This document shows positions 1 through 6,596 of a DNA stretch of 61,367 nucleotides, one piece after another. Below the pieces are notes generated by a model. That model was not told the DNA's origin. It worked only from the letters and a program-made list of their open reading frames with translations, and ran no database searches. Every line of letters starts with the position of its first letter. Position 1 is the stretch's first letter. Source of the stretch: an uncultured Gammaproteobacteria bacterium (lineage in GTDB: Bacteria; Patescibacteriota; Microgenomatia; UBA10105; UBA927). The translations under genes and the position numbers were made by a program. The DNA lies in NCBI GenBank assembly GCA_964356315.1, contig CAYHHA010000007.1, forward strand, positions 1 through 61,367, in the 5' to 3' direction.

Positions 1-1
1 C

Positions 2-157
2 ATGCCGCCTCCTTTCGGAGTTGAAAATGGCACGACCCCAGTAAAAGAGACTTTGGTGGATTTCCTCTATTTCTGCATCAGAAAACTCGCGGTTAAACCG
101 TTTCTGAAAATATTCACGTATTTTATGTACTTGTTCTGTATCTGTTGATTGGTTCAC
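2..157 (-). CDS. Small hypothetical protein (partial, runs off the left edge), overlapping the ATG (3..1) of a downstream gene
   Basis: GTG at 157 opens MNQSTDTEQVHKIREYFQKRFNREFSDAEIEEIHQSLFYWGRAIFNSERRRH with no stop before the edge; its 3' end contains GAAAGGAGG 4 nt before ATG at 3..1. Not in the ORF track. Confidence 0.6.
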   Translation of the reverse strand, partial: MNQSTDTEQVHKIREYFQKRFNREFSDAEIEEIHQSLFYWGRAIFNSERRRH

Positions 158-185
158 GGAGAACGTGAACCTCTGGAAGATTTAG

Positions 186-235
186 GCACCAAAAAAACAA
201 CTATATCGTTGTTTTCTAAGTTATTTTTTTGTGCC
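186..235. repeat. Long imperfect inverted repeat upstream of the left-edge operon
   Basis: ggcaccaaaaaaacaact ... agttatttttttgtgcc; further hairpins at 151-171, 313-326 and 393-415. Confidence 0.6.
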
Positions 236-496
236 CGTTTCCGTCGTCTGTTGTGCAGCCAACTGAACTAGTAAACCATTAGGGGGTTATGAGGGAGCCC
301 CTGCTTAAATACGGTATCACGATACCCTCAATCTGCAATATGCATATTCAAAATGGGAATGCATACACTTTGGTGAAAATATAAACGTGCGAAAATCCTA
401 CAAAGGTAAGGATTTATTTACTGTGGTAGTATAATTACAGCACTTAATATTGTCAAACTGGGTTGAATATTTTACCCAAAATATACTACTAAAATT

Positions 497-1108
497 ATGC
501 GTAATGAACCACTTGGTGTACCCTCCATTGAAACACTACCCTTTTTATCCCGCGAAAGTGGATTTATTACATATGATCCAACTAACCAACAAGTTGCAAC
601 ATGGTTAAAAGAAAACTGGACTTTTGGATATAACCCACTTGCTGTTTCAGAAGCAAACAGAACAAGACAGTTGCAACTTATCCACCCTGATGGACACACA
701 TATAATTACTATGAACCAGGTCATTCATTTGAACATTATAGAAAAAATGCTACGGGAAAAGAACCTCATTTTCTCGGGCATATCACACAAGTTGGCTGGG
801 TAGAATTAGCAATACGAAAAAACTCTGGACTAATCGGTAGTGAAGATAAAGGAATTTGGACCGCAGCATGGGATCCGCAACGATGGTTTCCAGGTTCTTT
901 CCCTAAAGATTTTGATTTTATAAATCCTCCAGATCGTTTTATAGAATTAGTATTTGATGCTGAAAAACTAAGACAACAAGGGTTAGTCGGATCAAAAGTT
1001 GAACCAATGGAGTATTACAAATTTAATACTCGAATACCAATGACAGCCCTTGTGGATACATCCTTGATGTATATTAATCAAGTTTTGGGATTAACAGTTC
1101 TAAACTAA
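497..1108 (+). CDS. Hypothetical protein, possible ADP-ribosyltransferase/Tpt1-like fold in the C-terminal half
   Basis: 203 aa; pattern GHIT...I...GL...IW...LVFD..KL...EY...RIP..AL. Confidence 0.55.
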   Translation: MRNEPLGVPSIETLPFLSRESGFITYDPTNQQVATWLKENWTFGYNPLAVSEANRTRQLQLIHPDGHTYNYYEPGHSFEHYRKNATGKEPHFLGHITQVGWVELAIRKNSGLIGSEDKGIWTAAWDPQRWFPGSFPKDFDFINPPDRFIELVFDAEKLRQQGLVGSKVEPMEYYKFNTRIPMTALVDTSLMYINQVLGLTVLN

Positions 1109-1149
1109 CCTAGAATTAGGTATGTTCCGATTTCGTCCCAGCACGTGTA
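1105..1149 (-). repeat. Boundary repeat family A, copy 1 (encodes YTCWDEIGTYLILG*)
   Basis: Homologous to 2445-2477 with mainly third-position differences. Confidence 0.75.
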
Positions 1150-1202
1150 CAAGCAAAGTGCACTCATAAGAAGAATTGATTACATATCAAACTTTATAGA
1201 TA

Positions 1203-2342
1203 TTACTCAAGCGATAAATCTATTACTTTTTCAATTGGAGCAATTACATGATCATTTCCCTGACTCCAACTATACTCAGAATTCGCAGGATTTGAATCCG
1301 GATATTGAGGAAAATCTAAAACAGTATATTCTGCAAATAATTTTTTTAACGTTGTGGCAATGATTGGCAAAGGAATGTCTTGATTTTCAGAGCGAATTTT
1401 CTGAACGACACCATGTATTGATTCTGATAAAAACCTGAACATGCGATCACTTGCTTCAGCTTCTGATTCTCCTTTTAGCTGTGCTGGAAATTCTGCAATT
1501 TTATGAAGATTTCCAAGAACTATCGCTGACGTTTCATTTGGTTTTACATTAGATCGTTTATAGTCAAGCATCGCTAGGCCAATTTTTGCATTTCTCATTG
1601 AAAGTCGTGCTGGATTATAGAGTATTGGTTTAGTAATATCCGCTATCATATTGATTAATGATGGAGCCGATTGTGTCACCTCTGTCTGCAAATTATTATT
1701 AAATATTGGTATTCGCAGTCCACTAACGGCAATTCCTGCTATAGCTGCCAAGCCAAATTTTAGAAATTGGCGTCTGGTCATAGGTACATTAAATAGACTT
1801 CTATTAGGATCATCTTGTGTACGCTCGGACAGAATTTTATACAGGAGTGAACCGGAAAATGCCGCAAGACCTGCTCCAACTGTTTCAATTCCATATGCTC
1901 TATTTAATTCACTACGTGCAAATGCATTCTGATCTATTGGTGGTTTAAATGATAAATCAATCTTCGATAGGATAGAAAAAACTTTATCCCACGACTGATG
2001 ATCGGTCAAAGAATTTCCCGAATCTTCGGTTATTTGTGGAATATCAGCACCTATGAGCCTAACTACTGATTCAGGAGCTTGAAAATGATTACTCTTTTCA
2101 GATGGGAAATATATATCCGCATAATTACTAAAAGATCCAGGACTTAGTGAGTCTGCGGCAATAATATTTGGCCTAGGATTGATTGATGCTATCGCCGATT
2201 GTACTTCGGTAGACCAAATGGTTCTGTTTAACGGAATATCACCTGTTGCATGTTCACCAAAAACTACATGAGTTGAATGAGTACCGTAAACTTCAGTTGT
2301 GCCTAAATTCAAATTCGATTCTTCACTTACTTGATCAAACAT
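1203..2342 (-). CDS. Hypothetical membrane protein with internal twin-arginine-like motif
   Basis: 379 aa; hydrophobic segment then MTRRQFLKFGLAAIAG mid-protein. Confidence 0.7.
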   Translation of the reverse strand: MFDQVSEESNLNLGTTEVYGTHSTHVVFGEHATGDIPLNRTIWSTEVQSAIASINPRPNIIAADSLSPGSFSNYADIYFPSEKSNHFQAPESVVRLIGADIPQITEDSGNSLTDHQSWDKVFSILSKIDLSFKPPIDQNAFARSELNRAYGIETVGAGLAAFSGSLLYKILSERTQDDPNRSLFNVPMTRRQFLKFGLAAIAGIAVSGLRIPIFNNNLQTEVTQSAPSLINMIADITKPILYNPARLSMRNAKIGLAMLDYKRSNVKPNETSAIVLGNLHKIAEFPAQLKGESEAEASDRMFRFLSESIHGVVQKIRSENQDIPLPIIATTLKKLFAEYTVLDFPQYPDSNPANSEYSWSQGNDHVIAPIEKVIDLSLE

Positions 2343-2414
2343 ACGTTCATATTACATTACAGGCATGAAATTTGTAATATATATTTCAGTATAGACATTC
2401 TAGTAATTTTTCTT

Positions 2415-2477
2415 TTAAATACATATTATTGATGTATTTGATGCTAAATACGTTCCAATAGCGTCCCAACAGGTGTA
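2415..2477 (-). repeat. Boundary repeat family A, copy 2 (encodes YTCWDAIGTYLASNTSIICI*)
   Basis: Homologous to 1117-1149. Confidence 0.75.
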
Positions 2478-2546
2478 TCTAAACTGACGCATACCAATTG
2501 AATAGTAATATAGCTTCATTCCAACAAAAACAAGCGTTCGAGATCC

Positions 2547-2577
2547 CATTTAGCCTCAATTTTAACTTGAGGCTAAA
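2547..2577. repeat. Perfect 12-bp inverted repeat with 7-bp spacer
   Basis: atttagcctcaa-ttttaac-ttgaggctaaat; the ttagcctcaa arm recurs near 3631, 4665 (inverted), 6518 and 10323. Confidence 0.8.
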
Positions 2578-2731
2578 TAACGAGACACCCCACCCTGTTT
2601 CGAACTAAAGTACAAAATCCGTCAAGAGTATCCATCGATCACATATGCCTTAATATTCATCTTCTACAAAGCAACCTATATCAGGTTTCAAAATAGTATT
2701 GTGGCGAATTACCATATTATATGGATTTATA

Positions 2732-2760
2732 TTGACTAATGTAGCACATTGTGCTACGAT
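2732..2760 (+). promoter_or_regulatory. Sigma70 promoter with overlapping palindromic operator for TA pair 1
   Basis: TTGACT-17-TACGAT; palindrome gtagcaca-t-tgtgctac at 2741-2757; ATG 7 nt downstream. Confidence 0.75.
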
Positions 2761-2767
2761 TTCTTAA

Positions 2768-3052
2768 ATGATATTTGTACGCAAACTCATTTGGGACACA
2801 TGGAATATACATCATATTGCAAAACATCATATATTACCGGATGAGATTGAAGAAATTTGTCATGGGTCACCATTAATATTACAAGGACAACAAAAGAAAC
2901 GTTTAGTTTTAATCGGCCTAACAGACGAGCAATCTATATTGACAGTTGTGCTTGAATCACAAGGACACGGAGTATACTACCCAATAACAGCATATCCATC
3001 AGATTCACATGACATTACATTATATAAACATTTAAAAGGAGGTAAAAAATGA
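2768..3052 (+). CDS. BrnT-family (DUF497) type II toxin
   Basis: 94 aa, WD..N..HI.KH.I...E.EE and YPITAY motifs. Confidence 0.85.
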   Translation: MIFVRKLIWDTWNIHHIAKHHILPDEIEEICHGSPLILQGQQKKRLVLIGLTDEQSILTVVLESQGHGVYYPITAYPSDSHDITLYKHLKGGKK

Positions 3053-3330
3053 AAACAAAAACTATTCAAAAAAGTAGAATTCCACAATTTGTAAATAGAC
3101 AAGAAGAGGCTAAGTTTTGGGAGAGTCATAGCATATCTGACTTTATAGACGAACTTAAGCCTGTCAATGTGCGTTTTGCTAAAAACCTATCTGAAGGTCT
3201 TCATATTCGATTGAACTCACAAACATTACAGACTCTTCGCGAAAAAGCGAAGAATAAAGGAATTGGCCCTACAACACTTGTTCGCATGTGGATATTGGAA
3301 CAACTCCAATCAGTGCAGCAGCAGATATAG
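3049..3330 (+). CDS. CopG/BrnA-type antitoxin
   Basis: IPQF...EEAKFWESHS and IRL...A..KGIG..TL.RMWI; ATGA overlap and GGAGG SD. Confidence 0.85.
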   Translation: MKTKTIQKSRIPQFVNRQEEAKFWESHSISDFIDELKPVNVRFAKNLSEGLHIRLNSQTLQTLREKAKNKGIGPTTLVRMWILEQLQSVQQQI

Positions 3331-3354
3331 AAATATTTAATGTTCTAACGAGTA

Positions 3355-3448
3355 TCAATCGTTTTCGACGACTTCGCTTTCGTTGTTAGATGCTTCTATT
3401 AACTTAGTTAAAAACTCAAAAACTGGTTCGAAATAAAATGCACTAGGG
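3355..3448 (-). repeat. Boundary repeat family B, copy 1 (24-bp core 3425-3448; encodes PSAFYFEPVFEFLTKLIEASNNESEVVEND*)
   Basis: ggttcgaaataaaatgcactaggg identical at 3425, 4614 and 6307. Confidence 0.85.
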
Positions 3449-3456
3449 GTACATAG

Positions 3457-3487
3457 GAAAAACGCTCAGAAAATCTGAGCGTTTTTC
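3457..3487. terminator. Bidirectional intrinsic terminator-like hairpin
   Basis: gaaaaacgctcaga-aaa-tctgagcgtttttc. Confidence 0.7.
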
Positions 3488-3497
3488 GTATATTCTA

Positions 3498-3602
3498 GTC
3501 GAATTTGGACCGGTCCCCGGTTCGCCGTCCAGCAGTAGACATTTTGATTCATAGAGAAATGTCGTATTGCTGGTGAGTGCCGAGAGTTCTCGGCAATCCG
3601 GC
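3498..3602 (+). ncRNA. Candidate structured RNA/ssDNA, copy 1
   Basis: Stems ccagcagta/tattgctgg, gacattt/aaatgtc, tgccgaga/tctcggca; pairing is conserved in the copy at 6381-6486. Confidence 0.45.
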
Positions 3603-3862
3603 TGGAGATACTAAACTTTGTTGATATGTATTAGCCTCAAGGTTGTGCAAAAACCCTGATGTGACTAGCCCTGCCCCCTGGCAGGCAGGTATTTCACACC
3701 CGGCGTGTGTAAGTGCAGTCATTAATAAATCAAATAAGCTGATATATCAACGAGAATAGGGTTTGATATGATCGAGCGATTTCAATCTATTCAGCCCCAA
3801 ACCCCAACCGGACTCGAACAAATATTTTTAAATACCCTTGATAATTATTCTATATTACTGTA

Positions 3863-3890
3863 TTGACAATCAATGTACAGATGATATTAT
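3863..3890 (+). promoter_or_regulatory. Sigma70 promoter of TA pair 2
   Basis: TTGACA-16-TATTAT with extended TG; ATG 6 nt downstream. Confidence 0.65.
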
Positions 3891-3896
3891 GCAGAT

Positions 3897-4205
3897 ATGG
3901 CTTTTCGTATTAAATTTAACGAGGAAAAAAACCAACTACTAAAAGCCACGAGAGGAGTTAGTTTCGATACTGTGATTATCTCTATCAAGGAAGGCGGATT
4001 GTTAGCTGATATTCATCATCCAAACCTAAAACACTCCAAACAAAAAATATACGTTATTGTGGTTGAAGAGTATGTATACGCTGTTCCATATGTAAAAAAC
4101 AATGAAAGAAAAGAAATTTTTCTAAAGACTGTCTACCCAAGCAGGGCATTAACCAAAAAATATTTGATGAAAGGAGGTAAATATGAAAAAAATAAATCCA
4201 AATGA
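3897..4205 (+). CDS. BrnT-like type II toxin
   Basis: FNEEKN.LLK..RG.SF...HPN...Y.Y.VPYV...IFLKT.YPSR. Confidence 0.85.
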   Translation: MAFRIKFNEEKNQLLKATRGVSFDTVIISIKEGGLLADIHHPNLKHSKQKIYVIVVEEYVYAVPYVKNNERKEIFLKTVYPSRALTKKYLMKGGKYEKNKSK

Positions 4206-4494
4206 TTTATTCACTAATATATATTTAGATGCAGAAGAGAAATCTTTAGAAACAGCATTTGAAAATGATGAATTTGAAGAGGATTCTGATTTTCTTAACA
4301 CGAAGACTATGCTTGAAGAGGCTGCAAAGAATTACTTGGAATTAAATACGGCAAAACCGATTACTATTCGAGTAAATCAATTTGACCTCATTAAGGTAAA
4401 GGCGAGAGCGAAACGGAAACAAATTCCATACCAAACACTACTTGGATCCTTAATTCATCAATATGCTGAAGGAAAACAAGACGTAAGTTTATAA
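4183..4494 (+). CDS. CopG/RHH-type antitoxin
   Basis: ITIRV...DL..VK..A....IPYQTL..S.IHQY; GGAGG SD. Confidence 0.85.
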   Translation: MKKINPNDLFTNIYLDAEEKSLETAFENDEFEEDSDFLNTKTMLEEAAKNYLELNTAKPITIRVNQFDLIKVKARAKRKQIPYQTLLGSLIHQYAEGKQDVSL

Positions 4495-4549
4495 GATTTA
4501 AGTATTTTTTGATCCTAACACTTTTAGTGATAGACGGAGTAAGCAATAA

Positions 4550-4637
4550 TCAATCAGTTTCCAACATAGCTTTTTGGTATTCTTCCATTAATTTACCTAA
4601 CCATTCAAGCACAGGTTCGAAATAAAATGCACTAGGG
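4550..4637 (-). repeat. Boundary repeat family B, copy 2 (encodes PSAFYFEPVLEWLGKLMEEYQKAMLETD*)
   Basis: 24-bp core at 4614-4637; extended match ccatt(c/g)aagcaca to copy 3. Confidence 0.85.
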
Positions 4638-4771
4638 GCACTGAAACTGACGCACACTAATTTATTGAGGCTAATTACATTAGTTTATGGATTCTAATTC
4701 CATAATTTAGTCAATATTTATGCATTTAAAATCTATAACCTATCATCACGGAGTGCAAAAGACTAATTTGG

Positions 4772-5446
4772 ATGACTAAACATGCACTTGACACGTTTCT
4801 AATTACTCCTGATAATAGACAGTATATGGAAACGTATTCGCGTATTGCTTTGAGCAATCTTCTTGTTTCATCCCCGTTGAGATTATTTGACCTCACCACC
4901 TTAAAGCAGACACTCAATATCCGAAGTGAAAGTGCTTTCTACCGTATCCTAAATCAATTTGTATCAGAGAAGGTATTAGCAATCGTGAAGCCTGGCGTCT
5001 ACTACAAAGTGAATACCCCACCTGATCAGTACGAAATTGCCAACTATCTTATCCGACCTTCGTATATCTCATTCGAAACTGCTCTGAATCACCACGGTAT
5101 TTTACCTCAATTCCCTCTCATTACTACATCAGCAACAACGCAAAAAACTCAAAAGAAAACAGTGTTCAATGGCGATTACACCTATACCCATCTCTCTCCA
5201 AAAATGTTTTTTGGCTTCAAAAAATATTCAGAACATCTCTTGGCTGAACCAGAAAAATGCCTGATAGACTACGTATATCTACGGATGAAACTCGGCACGA
5301 AACCAGATATGAATGAGTGGGATTTTGAACACGTTGATACCAAAAAGCTTTCCCTCTATTTAACATACATGGAGGATGTCAAAGGATATCAATCCGTAGT
5401 TAAAATTATTTCAGAACAAACACCATGTTTACCAACGACGAAATAA
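4772..5446 (+). CDS. Type IV TA AbiEi-family antitoxin (true start may be 4826)
   Basis: wHTH N-terminus, PSYISFETAL.HHG and AEPEK.L.DY motifs. Confidence 0.85.
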   Translation: MTKHALDTFLITPDNRQYMETYSRIALSNLLVSSPLRLFDLTTLKQTLNIRSESAFYRILNQFVSEKVLAIVKPGVYYKVNTPPDQYEIANYLIRPSYISFETALNHHGILPQFPLITTSATTQKTQKKTVFNGDYTYTHLSPKMFFGFKKYSEHLLAEPEKCLIDYVYLRMKLGTKPDMNEWDFEHVDTKKLSLYLTYMEDVKGYQSVVKIISEQTPCLPTTK

Positions 5447-6204
5447 CCAAGCGCGCCAATAAAGTGCAGATCAGCCCGGTTGTAATTTACCGTGAATTTG
5501 CACAGTTATTGTTTCTTGAACGCTTATCACAGTCAAAAATGAATGCAAACTTCATTTTTAAAGGCGGTACTGCCATTAGACTTCTCATGAAAGGCGATCG
5601 CTTTTCTGAAGATCTTGATTTTACTGTTACAGACCTCACAAGCGATCAGGTCGTTTATATATGCACATCTCTTGTCAGACAAATGAATTCCGAAGTAACC
5701 GTATCGATGAAATCTACTCCTTCACCATCAGGTCTTTCGCTCAAATTATATATTGCAGCACCATTTCAAAAACAAACCATACCTATCAAGCTAGACTTCT
5801 CATTCCGTGAAATTTCAATTGATGTAATTCATAGCACAATTATTTGCGATTATCCGATCATTTTCCGAAATCTGTGTTATTACTATTCACCTCGTGAAAT
5901 GATTGCTGAAAAAGTTCGTGCCCTTTTACACCGTCAGAAGGGTCGTGATCTCTACGATCTGTGGTTCTTGCTTTCCATGCAGGCGGAATTTGATGAACAG
6001 TTGATCGCGAAAAAATTAGCATACTATTCAGAAACTTTTTCAAAATTAGAATTCATTGAAAAAATACAAAGTTTTCCGAAGAAAGATTTCGTTGCGGATC
6101 TACTTCCCTTCATTGGTAAAAAAGAACGAGATTCTCTTGATACCCTCTACGGGGTCATTCAGTCGTATCTCATGCAAAAATTAAATGAAGTAACTGCAAA
6201 ATAA
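5425..6204 (+). CDS. AbiEii/AbiGii nucleotidyltransferase toxin
   Basis: FKGGTAIRL, RFSEDLDF, AEK.RA, RDLYDL. Confidence 0.9.
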   Translation: MFTNDEITKRANKVQISPVVIYREFAQLLFLERLSQSKMNANFIFKGGTAIRLLMKGDRFSEDLDFTVTDLTSDQVVYICTSLVRQMNSEVTVSMKSTPSPSGLSLKLYIAAPFQKQTIPIKLDFSFREISIDVIHSTIICDYPIIFRNLCYYYSPREMIAEKVRALLHRQKGRDLYDLWFLLSMQAEFDEQLIAKKLAYYSETFSKLEFIEKIQSFPKKDFVADLLPFIGKKERDSLDTLYGVIQSYLMQKLNEVTAK

Positions 6205-6267
6205 GATATAATCATCACAGAGGACTAGCAATCCTTTTTAGATTACATTAACTGCCTCAGATTTGTT

Positions 6268-6330
6268 CTAATATACTTCTATTAACTCATCCACCATTGA
6301 AGCACAGGTTCGAAATAAAATGCACTAGGG
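6268..6330 (-). repeat. Boundary repeat family B, copy 3 (PSAFYFEPVLQW, then after a 1-nt shift DELIEVY*)
   Basis: 24-bp core at 6307-6330. Confidence 0.8.
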
Positions 6331-6588
6331 ATACTGTATAAATAATCTCGCATCATAGCGGGATTTTTTATGCACTCTCGGTGGGATTTGGACAGGCTTA
6401 CCGGTTCGCAGTCCAGCGGTAGATAATTCGATTCCCAGAGAATTGTCGTACTGCTGGTGAGTGCCGAGTGCGCTCGACAATCTGGCTTGGGGGGGGGTAC
6501 AAATTTAGTTGAAACAATTAGCCTCAAATATCCCGATGTTTCTAGCCCTGCCTGCCGACAGGCAGGTATTTCACACACGGTGTGTGTA
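6307..6588. repeat. ~290-bp composite non-coding element, copy 2
   Basis: Colinear with 3425-3712; right part nearly identical to 10320-10391. Confidence 0.85.
6381..6486 (+). ncRNA. Candidate structured RNA/ssDNA, copy 2
   Basis: Stems ccagcggta/tactgctgg, gataattc/gaattgtc, tgccgag/ctcgaca. Confidence 0.45.
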
Positions 6589-6596
6589 ATAATGTA

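Larger units (their letters stand above)
3425..3712. repeat. ~290-bp composite non-coding element, copy 1
   Basis: Colinear with 6307-6588: core, hairpin, structured ~105-nt segment, ttagcctcaa, REP-like palindrome, gtgtgtaa end. Confidence 0.85.

Noticed and set aside
3380-3455. GGTTCGAA cores as tRNA genes
   Set aside because: No T-stem complement, D arm or anticodon arm.
3425-3712. Composite element as a classical integron attC site
   Set aside because: No clear RYYYAAC/GTTRRRY ends framing one long hairpin, and no intI in the window.
3425-6330. 24-bp identical repeats as a CRISPR array
   Set aside because: Spacing is 1.2-1.7 kb with whole genes between copies; no cas genes.
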